DNA of 32,000 nucleotides from contig NC_000918.1 in assembly GCF_000008625.1 (NCBI RefSeq), positions 1,440,001 through 1,472,000 of the forward strand, read 5' to 3'. The translations under genes were made by a program, and so were the position numbers. Each line of letters starts with the position of its first letter. Position 1 is the first letter of the stretch. The notes beneath the pieces are model-generated. The model searched no databases and was not told where the DNA came from. It saw nothing but the letters and a program-made list of their open reading frames with translations. This DNA is from Aquifex aeolicus VF5. Lineage in GTDB: Bacteria > Aquificota > Aquificia > Aquificales > Aquificaceae. This document shows positions 15,836 through 24,663 of this stretch, in pieces.

Positions 15836-16727
15836 ATGAGTTAATAGAAAAGGCTAAGTTCTTCAGGAAGCCCTGCCTTACATACGGGAATTTCACGGAA
15901 AGGTTTTCGTGATAAAGTACGGCGGTTCCGCAATGCACGACGAGGAACTCAGAGAGTCCTTTGCTAGAGACGTGGTTCTTTTAAAGTACGTGGGAATAAA
16001 CCCGGTAATCGTTCACGGAGGGGGACCACAGATAAGCAAAACACTGGAGAAATTCGGTATAAAACCCAAATTTGTAGGGGGAATGAGGAAGACTGACGAG
16101 GAGACAATGCACGTAGTTGAGATGGTGCTTTCAGGAGACATAAACAAGGACATAGTAGCCCTTATAAACAGATACAGTGGGGAAAAGATTTACGCGGTCG
16201 GACTGTCGGGCAGGGACGGAAGACTCTTGAAGGCTAAAAAGTTAGACAAAGAGAGGTATTTCTCCGAACTCGGGCTTCCCGTTCCTGAGGAAGATATCGG
16301 GTTTGTAGGGGAAATAGTGGACGTAAATGAAGAGCTTATATTTACTCTGCTTTCCCACAACTTCATCCCAGTAATAGCTCCCGTGGGAGTAGGGGAAGAA
16401 GGTGAGGCTTACAACGTAAACGCGGACCTCGCAGCCTCGGAAATAGCGGGAGAGATTAAAGCGGAAAAACTCATATACCTTACCGACACAAAAGGTGTCC
16501 TTGACGAAAAGGGAGAGTTAATTTCTTCCCTTTCAAAGGATAAGGCGGAAGAATTAATTAAGAAGGGAGTAATTAGGGAGGGAATGATTCCAAAGGTTCG
16601 TTCCGCCCTTAGGGCACTTGAGAAGGGTGTTAAAAAGGTTCACATAATAGACGGGAGGGTGAAGCACTCTATACTCCTTGAGGTTTTCACAAAGGAGGGG
16701 GTGGGAACTGAGATTACTCTGGAATAA
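15832..16727 (+). pseudogene. argB: argB, N-acetylglutamate kinase, with an apparent 1-nt frameshift near 15858. The supplied ORF starts only at GTG 15909.
   Basis: Frame from ATG 15832 gives MNELIEKAK, then diverges to FFRKPC... and TGA at 15910. The other frame, from 15858, gives VLQEALPYIREFHGKVFVIKYGGSAMHDEELRESFARDVVLLKYVGINPVIVHGGGP. Together they make a full ArgB N-terminus. ATG 15832 overlaps the upstream stop (ATGA). 'Pseudogene' here means frame-disrupted; the function may be intact if this is a sequencing error. Confidence 0.85.
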
Positions 16728-16739
16728 ATTAAAAAATTT

Positions 16740-17771
16740 ATGGAGAAGTTCGTAGACAGAGTAAAAATCTTCGTGAAAGGGGGAAAGGGCGGAGACGGAG
16801 CAGTAGCCTTTTTGAGGGAAAAGTACAGACCGAAAGGAGGACCTGCGGGAGGAGACGGAGGAAAGGGTGGAGACGTTATCTTAGTTGCTACGAGTTCAAA
16901 GCACACACTCCTTGACTTTAAGTATAAAAAGCATTACATAGCCCAAAACGGAGAACCCGGAAAGGGCAAGAAAATGCATGGAAAGGACGGAGAGGACCTC
17001 ATAATCTACGTTCCCGTGGGAACTGTCGTGAAGGACGCACAAACAGGGGAAGTTATTTGCGACCTAGTAAAGGAAGGACAGAAGTGTATCGTTGCTAAAG
17101 GCGGAAAAGGCGGAAGGGGAAACGCAAGGTTTGCAACTCCTACAAATCAAGCACCTACCTACGCGGAAAAGGGTCAGAAGGGCGAGGAGAGGTGGATAAT
17201 CCTTGAACTGAAGCTCATAGCGGACGTGGGACTCGTCGGTTTTCCAAACGCAGGAAAGTCTACGCTCCTTTCAAGGCTCACGAGAGCAAAACCAAAAATT
17301 GCGGACTACCCTTTCACAACCTTGAGTCCGAACTTAGGAGTGATGGAACTCGATTGGGAAAGGAGACTCGTTATAGCGGACATTCCGGGACTGATAGAGG
17401 ACGCCCACAAGGGGGCAGGACTGGGACACGAGTTCTTAAGACACATAGAGAGAACCAAGTTCTTAGCCCACGTGATAGACGTATCTGACTTCAGGGAAAG
17501 AGAACCGGTGCAAGCTTTTGAAGCCATAAACAGAGAACTGGAACTATACAGTCCGAAACTCGCCCAAAAACCACAAATCGTCGTGGCCAACAAAATAGAC
17601 GCTTTGAGTGACAGGAGTTTGCTTTCAGAGCTTGAAAAGTACTTCAAGGAAAAAGGTTACGAATTTTACGCGGTTTCCGCACTCACAGGAGAGGGAATAG
17701 AAGAATTAAAGGAGGGTCTCTGGAAGAAGTACGAGGAAATAAGAGACAAAGAATCCGCGCAAGTAACCTGA
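16740..17771 (+). CDS. obg: Obg/CgtA family ribosome-associated GTPase
   Basis: Gly-rich Obg fold [78 protein letters not shown]. Confidence 0.98.
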   Translation: MEKFVDRVKIFVKGGKGGDGAVAFLREKYRPKGGPAGGDGGKGGDVILVATSSKHTLLDFKYKKHYIAQNGEPGKGKKMHGKDGEDLIIYVPVGTVVKDAQTGEVICDLVKEGQKCIVAKGGKGGRGNARFATPTNQAPTYAEKGQKGEERWIILELKLIADVGLVGFPNAGKSTLLSRLTRAKPKIADYPFTTLSPNLGVMELDWERRLVIADIPGLIEDAHKGAGLGHEFLRHIERTKFLAHVIDVSDFREREPVQAFEAINRELELYSPKLAQKPQIVVANKIDALSDRSLLSELEKYFKEKGYEFYAVSALTGEGIEELKEGLWKKYEEIRDKESAQVT

Positions 17772-17796
17772 ACCTTTTGATGTAGTTTATATAAAT

Positions 17797-18972
17797 ATGC
17801 TTCAAGTAAGAGTAAAACCCGGAGTAGAAGACAGGATTAGAGGATTTTTCCCTTGGGTTTACAGGTCGGAAATAGCTTCCTTTTCAAGAAAACCAAAGAA
17901 AGGAGAGATAGTAGTCGTAAGGGACGTTAACGGAAAGTTTCTGGGCTACGGCTACATAAACCCTGAGGTAAACATAGCAATAAGAATTCTATCCTTTGAC
18001 AAAAACGAGCCCGTAACTCCTGAACTTATCAGAAAGAGAATAAAGCAGGCCTACGAATATAGAAAGAGACTTTACATAAACAGCAACGCTTACAGGCTTG
18101 TGCACTCGGAGGGGGATCTCCTCCCTGGACTTATCGTTGACGTTTACGGGAGTTATCTGGCGGTTGAGTTTACGACTTACGGTATGAACCAGTTCAGAGA
18201 AGTAATACTGGACACACTCGTGGAACTACTAAGACCTAAAGGCATATACGAGAAGGTCAATGAAATCGCAAAGAGAGTGGAAGGCTTGGACGTAGAGGAA
18301 AGGGTTATTTACGGAGAAGTTCCCGAAGAGGTCATAATCTGGGAACACGACCTCAAGTACTACATAAATATACCTCAGGGACAAAAAACGGGATTTTTCC
18401 TAGATCAGAGAAATGCGAGGAAGTTTGTGAGAAACCTGGTTGAACCAGGAGACAGGTGTCTGGACGTATTCTGTCACACGGGCGGATTTGCCCTGAACAT
18501 GAAAAGGGCCGGAGCGGGAGAGGTTATAGGAGTAGACATATCCGAGCTCGCCTTAAAGGAGGCGGAAAAGAACGCGAGACTCAACGGCTTTACGGACATA
18601 AAGTGGGTAAAGGCAAACGCTTTTGATTACCTGAGGGAACTCGACAAGAAGGGAGAGAAGTTTGACGTAATAATCATAGACCCTCCTTCTTTTGCGAAAA
18701 ACAGGGCGGCTGTCCCGAACGCCTTGAGGGGATATAAAGAACTCTGTGTAAGAGGGCTGAAGATAGCAAAGAGCGGGGGTTACCTCGCTATATTTTCCTG
18801 CTCCTTTCACATAACCGAACAGCACCTCCTTGACGTTTTACTTCAGGCTTCCTACGACGTAAGGAGACAGGTAAGGGTAATAGCAAAGACCTTTCAGGAC
18901 CTGGACCACCCGTGGATACTCCAGATGCCAAATACCTTATACTTAAAAGGCGTGTGGGTGGAAGTGGTATGA
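17797..18972 (+). CDS. PUA-domain class I SAM-dependent rRNA methyltransferase (RlmI/YccW-like)
   Basis: N-terminal PUA-like domain (VYRSEIASFSRKPKKGEIVVVRD) and methyltransferase motifs GQKTGFFLDQRNARKFV, CLDVFCHTGGFALNMKRAGAGEVIGVDIS, DVIIIDPPSFAKN. Confidence 0.92.
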   Translation: MLQVRVKPGVEDRIRGFFPWVYRSEIASFSRKPKKGEIVVVRDVNGKFLGYGYINPEVNIAIRILSFDKNEPVTPELIRKRIKQAYEYRKRLYINSNAYRLVHSEGDLLPGLIVDVYGSYLAVEFTTYGMNQFREVILDTLVELLRPKGIYEKVNEIAKRVEGLDVEERVIYGEVPEEVIIWEHDLKYYINIPQGQKTGFFLDQRNARKFVRNLVEPGDRCLDVFCHTGGFALNMKRAGAGEVIGVDISELALKEAEKNARLNGFTDIKWVKANAFDYLRELDKKGEKFDVIIIDPPSFAKNRAAVPNALRGYKELCVRGLKIAKSGGYLAIFSCSFHITEQHLLDVLLQASYDVRRQVRVIAKTFQDLDHPWILQMPNTLYLKGVWVEVV

Positions 18973-20126
18973 AGAAGCACCACTGGGCACTCGTTTCCTT
19001 CGGCTTCAACATTTTCCAATCCCTCATAAAGCTTGTAGGAGGGCTCCTGACGGGCTCCCTTTCACTTATCGGTGATGCCATACACTCCCTTTCGGACGCC
19101 ACCGCTTCGCTGATAGCCTTTTTATCAATAAAGTTTTCCGAGATAAAGAGTGAGAGATTTCCCTACGGACTCTACAAGCTTGAAAACATAGGTGCCATAG
19201 TAATAGCCTTCTTTCTGCTTTTTACCGCCTGGGAAATTATCCAAAGGGCTTTAAAGGGAGAAATAAATATAAACTTTGAAAACCTTCCCATAGGTATAGG
19301 GGTAACGGTTCTGTCTTTAGTTCTCTCCCTCACCCTTTCTTTTTTAGAGAGGAGGGCGGGAAAGAAGTTAAACTCTCCCACTTTAATAGCGGATTCCTAC
19401 CACACCTTAACGGACGCCTTTTCATCCTTTTTAGTTCTCATAAGCCTGAGCTCTTATTACTTCGGTATTAATATTGAACGATACGTAGCTGTAGCTGTAG
19501 CTCTAATAATCGTTTACACAGCCTTTGAACTCCTTAAAGAGCAAATTGGTGCTATTCTGGACATATCCGCGGATAAGGAAACAGTTGAGAAAATTAAAAG
19601 GATAATACTTTCTTTTCCCGAAGTTAGCGAAGTAAAGAGACTGCTCGTTAGAAACGCGGGCGGAAGGTTATTCATAGACGCGGTGATAACTATAAATACA
19701 GACGACTTTATAAAGAGTCACGCGATAGCAGACGAGATAGAAAGGAAGATAATGAAGGAAATTCCGAACGTTGACATGGTGTTTATTCACTACGAACCCT
19801 GTTGCGTTAAGAAGGGGACAAGCGTTGCTGTGCTCGCAAAAGACGGAGTGGTTGCAAGGTCCTTTAAAGACGTGGACAAAATAATAATCTTCAAAGAAAA
19901 CGAGGGAAACCCCGAAGTTATAGAAACAAAAGGTATGGATGAGGAGTGCATAGCCAAAGAACTCGCAAGGAGAAACGTGGACATAGTTATAAGCGGATAC
20001 CACCCCACCAGTAATAAGGCTAAGTGGATACTCCACAAAAACAACGTGTTCGTCTGGGAAACGGAAAAGGAAAATCCCTACGAAGCTCTCTCTGAAGTGT
20101 CCCAGATAAAAGAAGCTGTGACATGA
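18969..20126 (+). CDS. Cation diffusion facilitator (CDF) transporter with an additional C-terminal domain
   Basis: LTGSLSLIGDAIHSLSDATASLIAFLSIKFS and LIADSYHTLTDAFSSFLVL (HxxxD/DxxxD metal sites). Start placed at ATG 18969, which overlaps the previous stop (ATGA). Additional ~100-aa C-terminal domain after the cytoplasmic CDF domain. Confidence 0.9.
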   Translation: MKKHHWALVSFGFNIFQSLIKLVGGLLTGSLSLIGDAIHSLSDATASLIAFLSIKFSEIKSERFPYGLYKLENIGAIVIAFFLLFTAWEIIQRALKGEININFENLPIGIGVTVLSLVLSLTLSFLERRAGKKLNSPTLIADSYHTLTDAFSSFLVLISLSSYYFGINIERYVAVAVALIIVYTAFELLKEQIGAILDISADKETVEKIKRIILSFPEVSEVKRLLVRNAGGRLFIDAVITINTDDFIKSHAIADEIERKIMKEIPNVDMVFIHYEPCCVKKGTSVAVLAKDGVVARSFKDVDKIIIFKENEGNPEVIETKGMDEECIAKELARRNVDIVISGYHPTSNKAKWILHKNNVFVWETEKENPYEALSEVSQIKEAVT

Positions 20127-21370
20127 AGTTCCTCGTCTGGGGACTGGGAAGAAGCGGGAAAGGCGCACTGAAACTTTTGAAGGAGAGAGGATTTGAAGTT
20201 TACGCAGGAGACGATTCCCAAAATCCAGAGCTCTGGAGAGAAGTTCTCGGTGAAGTGGACACCGTAGTTCTCTCCCCCGGTATTCCGCCTTCTCACCCTC
20301 TCTGGAAAGAAGCCCTGAAGAAAGAAAAAGAAGTCGTAGGGGAGCTTGAACTCGCATACAGGTTCTTTAAAGGGAAAGTAATAGCGATTACGGGAACGGA
20401 CGGGAAGTCCACAACAACGAGACTCACTTACTTAATACTTAAAAAATTCTTTGACGAAGTCTTTGAAGCCGGAAATATAGGAAAGCCTTTTTCCGAAGTT
20501 GTTCTTGAAAATCCAGAAGGTATAGCGGTTCTTGAAGTCTCCTCCTTTCAGGGGAAAACCCTAAAGACCTTTAGGCCAAATATTGGGGCCTTTATCAGCT
20601 TTTCTGTGGACCACCTAGACTGGCATCCTAGTATAGAAGATTATTTAAAGAGTAAATACAGGATATTTGAAAACCAAACGGAAGAGGATTTTTTAATACT
20701 GAACGACCTCGTTTATGAAATTAAAAAAACACCAAGCAGGGCAAGAAAAGTACTCTTTTCTGAGCTATACATAAACTCGGACAGCGTTTTTTACAAAGAC
20801 ATAAGACTTTTTAACCCTAAAAACTTGAAAATAAGGGGACTTCACAACGTTTACAACGCAAGCGTAGCGTCTCTGATAGCACTTACTCTGGGTTTAAAGC
20901 CCGAGGATTTTGAAGAAGTGATTTACGAATTTCGCGGTCTTCCACACAGGCTGGAATTTTTGGGAAATTTTAATGGAGTTGAAGTTTATAACGATTCCAA
21001 GTCCACAACTCCCCACGCCTTAATGCACGCTCTGAAAACCTTTCCCGACAATTCAGTTATTCTCATAGTTGGGGGGAAAGACAAAGGAGCAGACTTTTAC
21101 TCCCTTAGGCATATAGTTCAAAAAAAGGTAAAAATCGCCCTTGCAATAGGAGAGACAAAGGAAAAGATAAAGGACTCTTGGAAGGATATCACCGAGGTGA
21201 AAACATGTAACACTCTGGAAGAGGCGGTAAAGCTTGCGAGAGAAGTATCTAAACTCGGAAATGTAGTTCTCTTTTCGCCCGCCTGTTCTTCCTTTGATAT
21301 GTTCAGGAATTACGAAGAGAGGGGAGAGAAGTTTAAGGAACTTGTAGAAATATGGTTCACTCGGACTTAG
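20123..21370 (+). CDS. murD: UDP-N-acetylmuramoyl-L-alanine--D-glutamate ligase
   Basis: VIAITGTDGKSTTTRLTYLIL, VLEVSSFQGKTL, HNVYNASVASLIALTLGL, YNDSKSTTPHALMHAL, LLFSPACSSFDMFRNYEERGEKFKELV. ATGA overlap with the upstream gene. Confidence 0.96.
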   Translation: MKFLVWGLGRSGKGALKLLKERGFEVYAGDDSQNPELWREVLGEVDTVVLSPGIPPSHPLWKEALKKEKEVVGELELAYRFFKGKVIAITGTDGKSTTTRLTYLILKKFFDEVFEAGNIGKPFSEVVLENPEGIAVLEVSSFQGKTLKTFRPNIGAFISFSVDHLDWHPSIEDYLKSKYRIFENQTEEDFLILNDLVYEIKKTPSRARKVLFSELYINSDSVFYKDIRLFNPKNLKIRGLHNVYNASVASLIALTLGLKPEDFEEVIYEFRGLPHRLEFLGNFNGVEVYNDSKSTTPHALMHALKTFPDNSVILIVGGKDKGADFYSLRHIVQKKVKIALAIGETKEKIKDSWKDITEVKTCNTLEEAVKLAREVSKLGNVVLFSPACSSFDMFRNYEERGEKFKELVEIWFTRT

Positions 21371-21971
21371 TCCTTTTTATAAACTCCCTTACCTTTTTAA
21401 AATCTTTCTTTCCCTTTTCCTTTTCAACTCCCGAAGATACATCTACTCCGTAAGGTTTTACAAACTCTATTCCCTCTTTTACGTTTTCGGGATTAAGTCC
21501 TCCTGAAAGGAATACCTTATGGCCTTCTTCTACGAGCTTCTTAGCAATTTCCCAGTTAAAGGTTTTTCCCGTACCTCCGTAAGCTTCTTTTGAAAAGGTG
21601 TCAAGGAGTATGGCATAAGCTTTTTCCCACTCTCCTACTTTCGGAATTTCTTCCTTTACTCTGAATACTTTTATTACCTTATCCAGTCCAACCCTTTTCC
21701 CCAGTTCTATGTCCTCATCTCCGTGGAGCTGAATGAGGTCAAAGCCTTCGTCAAGGAGTTCCTTTATAAACTCGTAAGGTTCGTTTACAACTACCGCGAC
21801 TTTTTTAACGTTTAATCCTTCAAGGGCTTTTATTATTTCCAGTCTTTTTTCTTTTGACGTGTATCTGGGGCTTTTGGGGTAGGTTATAACGCCTATATAG
21901 TCCGCTCCCTCTTTGGCACAAAATAGGGCGTCTTCAAGGTTTGTTATCCCGCAAATTTTTACCTTTACCAC
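21357..21971 (-). CDS. trpF: Phosphoribosylanthranilate isomerase
   Basis: VKICGITNLEDALFCAKEGADYIGVITYPKSPR, LIQLHGDE, FLSGGLNPENVKEGIEFVKPYGVDVSSGVE. Confidence 0.97.
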   Translation of the reverse strand: MVKVKICGITNLEDALFCAKEGADYIGVITYPKSPRYTSKEKRLEIIKALEGLNVKKVAVVVNEPYEFIKELLDEGFDLIQLHGDEDIELGKRVGLDKVIKVFRVKEEIPKVGEWEKAYAILLDTFSKEAYGGTGKTFNWEIAKKLVEEGHKVFLSGGLNPENVKEGIEFVKPYGVDVSSGVEKEKGKKDFKKVREFIKRTKSE

Positions 21972-21989
21972 AATCTAAAATAATAAAGC

Positions 21990-23531
21990 ATGGAAGTTAA
22001 AAGGGAACACTGGGCGACGCGACTCGGTTTAATCCTCGCGATGGCGGGGAACGCGGTAGGACTTGGTAATTTCCTCAGATTTCCCGTTCAAGCTGCGGAA
22101 AACGGTGGCGGGGCTTTCATGATCCCATACATAATAGCCTTCCTCCTCGTGGGTATTCCTCTTATGTGGATAGAGTGGGCTATGGGAAGATACGGGGGAG
22201 CTCAGGGACACGGAACCACACCAGCTATTTTTTACCTCCTCTGGAGAAACAGGTTTGCTAAAATTCTTGGAGTTTTCGGACTCTGGATACCTCTGGTGGT
22301 AGCCATATACTACGTTTACATAGAGAGCTGGACACTAGGTTTTGCGATAAAGTTTTTGGTAGGGTTAGTTCCAGAACCTCCGCCAAACGCCACGGATCCC
22401 GATTCCATTCTCAGACCCTTTAAAGAATTTCTGTACTCCTACATCGGAGTTCCTAAAGGAGATGAGCCGATTTTGAAACCTTCACTTTTTGCGTACATAG
22501 TCTTTTTAATAACTATGTTCATTAACGTTTCCATTCTCATAAGGGGTATATCCAAGGGTATAGAGAGGTTTGCAAAAATAGCTATGCCCACGCTCTTTAT
22601 CCTCGCGGTTTTTCTGGTCATCAGGGTCTTTTTACTGGAAACCCCCAACGGCACCGCGGCGGACGGACTTAACTTCCTTTGGACTCCCGACTTTGAGAAA
22701 TTAAAGGACCCGGGCGTCTGGATAGCGGCTGTAGGACAAATATTCTTCACCCTGAGTCTTGGTTTTGGAGCTATAATCACTTACGCCTCTTACGTGAGAA
22801 AGGATCAGGACATTGTCCTCAGCGGACTTACGGCGGCGACGTTGAACGAAAAGGCTGAGGTAATACTGGGTGGTTCTATTTCCATACCCGCTGCGGTTGC
22901 TTTCTTCGGAGTTGCAAATGCGGTTGCGATTGCAAAGGCGGGAGCCTTTAACCTCGGTTTTATAACCCTACCCGCCATATTCTCCCAAACGGCCGGAGGA
23001 ACCTTTTTAGGATTTCTGTGGTTCTTCCTCCTCTTCTTCGCAGGACTCACTTCTTCAATAGCTATAATGCAACCGATGATAGCCTTCTTAGAGGACGAAC
23101 TAAAGCTTAGCAGAAAACACGCTGTTCTCTGGACCGCGGCTATAGTTTTCTTCAGTGCACACCTTGTGATGTTCTTAAACAAGTCCCTTGACGAGATGGA
23201 CTTCTGGGCGGGAACGATAGGGGTTGTTTTCTTTGGTCTCACAGAGCTCATAATCTTCTTCTGGATTTTCGGAGCGGATAAAGCTTGGGAGGAGATAAAC
23301 AGGGGCGGAATTATTAAAGTTCCCAGAATTTATTATTACGTAATGAGGTATATAACCCCCGCTTTCCTCGCGGTGCTCCTCGTTGTGTGGGCACGGGAGT
23401 ACATACCGAAGATCATGGAAGAGACCCACTGGACCGTGTGGATAACACGCTTTTACATAATAGGGCTTTTCCTCTTCCTCACTTTCCTCGTTTTCTTAGC
23501 TGAACGGAGAAGAAACCATGAGAGTGCTTAA
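21990..23531 (+). CDS. leuT: LeuT, sodium-dependent leucine/amino-acid transporter (neurotransmitter:sodium symporter family)
   Basis: The 513-aa protein [57 protein letters not shown]...[17 protein letters not shown] is recognised as the structurally characterised A. aeolicus LeuT. Confidence 0.99.
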   Translation: MEVKREHWATRLGLILAMAGNAVGLGNFLRFPVQAAENGGGAFMIPYIIAFLLVGIPLMWIEWAMGRYGGAQGHGTTPAIFYLLWRNRFAKILGVFGLWIPLVVAIYYVYIESWTLGFAIKFLVGLVPEPPPNATDPDSILRPFKEFLYSYIGVPKGDEPILKPSLFAYIVFLITMFINVSILIRGISKGIERFAKIAMPTLFILAVFLVIRVFLLETPNGTAADGLNFLWTPDFEKLKDPGVWIAAVGQIFFTLSLGFGAIITYASYVRKDQDIVLSGLTAATLNEKAEVILGGSISIPAAVAFFGVANAVAIAKAGAFNLGFITLPAIFSQTAGGTFLGFLWFFLLFFAGLTSSIAIMQPMIAFLEDELKLSRKHAVLWTAAIVFFSAHLVMFLNKSLDEMDFWAGTIGVVFFGLTELIIFFWIFGADKAWEEINRGGIIKVPRIYYYVMRYITPAFLAVLLVVWAREYIPKIMEETHWTVWITRFYIIGLFLFLTFLVFLAERRRNHESA

Positions 23532-24369
23532 GTGGCTTCTTATACTTTTCTCGCTCCTTATAATTTTTAGTGTGGTGAAAGAATTCATTCTCTCCAAATT
23601 CCCGGTAGGTCACAGGATAGCGGTATTAAAACTTTCAGGAGTAATAGTAAACCCTTATCCTCTTGTTAATAAGATAGAAAGGTTAAAGGATTCTAAAAAC
23701 GTTGTAGCCTTGGTTTTAAGGGTTGACAGTCCTGGAGGTTCTGTGGGAGCCTCTCAGGAGATATACAGGGCTATAGAGCGATTCAAGAGCGCGGGAAAGC
23801 CCGTAGTTATCTCTATGGGAAACGTTGCGGCCTCGGGGGGTTATTACGTTTCCGCAGCGGGGAATTACATATTTGCAAACGAAGGGACTATAACGGGTAG
23901 TATAGGAGTCATAATCCAGCATGTGGCTTATAAAAAACTCGTAGAAAAACTGGGAATAGAAGCAACAGCTATAAAGACGGGAAAGTTCAAGGACACTCTT
24001 AGTCCCTTCAGGGAATTGACGCAAGAAGAAAAGGAGTATTTACAGAACCTTGTGAATGAGGCCCTTGAGCAGTTCATTCAGGCGATACTGAAGTACAGGA
24101 GCAATAAGATTTCCGAGGAAAAGCTCAGGGAGATAGCAGACGGTAGGATATTTACGGGAAGGCAAGCTCTGGAACTGGGTCTTGTTGATGAGCTAGGTTC
24201 CCTTTACGACGCTATAGAAAAGGCTAAGGAGCTTTCCGGTTACAGGGATGCAAAACCCGTTTTCATTCAAGAGGAAAAGAGCTTGCTCAAGCGCTTGGTT
24301 GGAGCGGATCTGGAAGAGATTAAGATCATCAACGCCTACACTCCCCTCTTCTACCTTATGGATTACTGA
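23518..24369 (+). CDS. sppA: Signal peptide peptidase SppA (36K type)
   Basis: [78 protein letters not shown]. Confidence 0.96.
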   Translation: MRVLKWLLILFSLLIIFSVVKEFILSKFPVGHRIAVLKLSGVIVNPYPLVNKIERLKDSKNVVALVLRVDSPGGSVGASQEIYRAIERFKSAGKPVVISMGNVAASGGYYVSAAGNYIFANEGTITGSIGVIIQHVAYKKLVEKLGIEATAIKTGKFKDTLSPFRELTQEEKEYLQNLVNEALEQFIQAILKYRSNKISEEKLREIADGRIFTGRQALELGLVDELGSLYDAIEKAKELSGYRDAKPVFIQEEKSLLKRLVGADLEEIKIINAYTPLFYLMDY

Positions 24370-24663
24370 TGGAAAGGGTAAAGATACTCAAGTTTTATCC
24401 CTTTGAGGTTCCCTACAGAAGGGGGAGTTTACTCGCCTACTTTGACATTGTACTTTACGGGGAAATATTAATAAGAAATGTCAGGCTTATCAGAAACGTG
24501 TACGGAGGTCTGTTCCGTAGCCATGCCCTCAATTCAGGTAGGCGATAAGAACGTCAACGTAGTTGAGATACTCTCCAGGGATTTAATGGAAGAAATTAGA
24601 AGAAAGCTCGTGGATTTTTACAAGGAAAAGATTGAGGAGTTAAAAAATGAAGAGAGTGCTTGA
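24369..24663 (+). pseudogene. spoVG: SpoVG-like RNA/DNA-binding protein, frame-disrupted by an apparent 1-nt insertion near 24516
   Basis: Frame from ATG 24369: [49 protein letters not shown]. Skipping one base at 24516 then gives VAMPSIQVGDKNVNVVEILSRDLMEEIRRKLVDFYKEKIEELKNEESA. The composite (97 aa) has the SpoVG pattern (...IRNVRLIRN-GLFVAMPS...). The start overlaps the sppA stop (TGATG). Confidence 0.82.

Noticed and set aside
15858-15909. Programmed -1 frameshifting in argB as the preferred explanation
   Set aside because: No X XXY YYZ heptamer or obvious downstream pseudoknot is visible in the overlap. A single missing base is simpler, so programmed recoding is only an alternative to test.
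18912-18968. N-terminal extension of the CDF transporter ORF
   Set aside because: It overlaps the RlmI-like gene. ATG 18969 gives an ATGA junction, in keeping with neighbouring genes, and the typical CDF sequence starts right after.
19668-20357. 229-aa minus-strand ORF opposite the CDF transporter and murD
   Set aside because: It spans the junction of two convincing plus-strand genes, and its composition looks like the complement of real codons. No domain recognised.
22439-23429. Three minus-strand ORFs (22439-22780, 22805-23251, 23175-23429) opposite leuT
   Set aside because: All lie antisense to the firmly identified LeuT gene, with no motifs.
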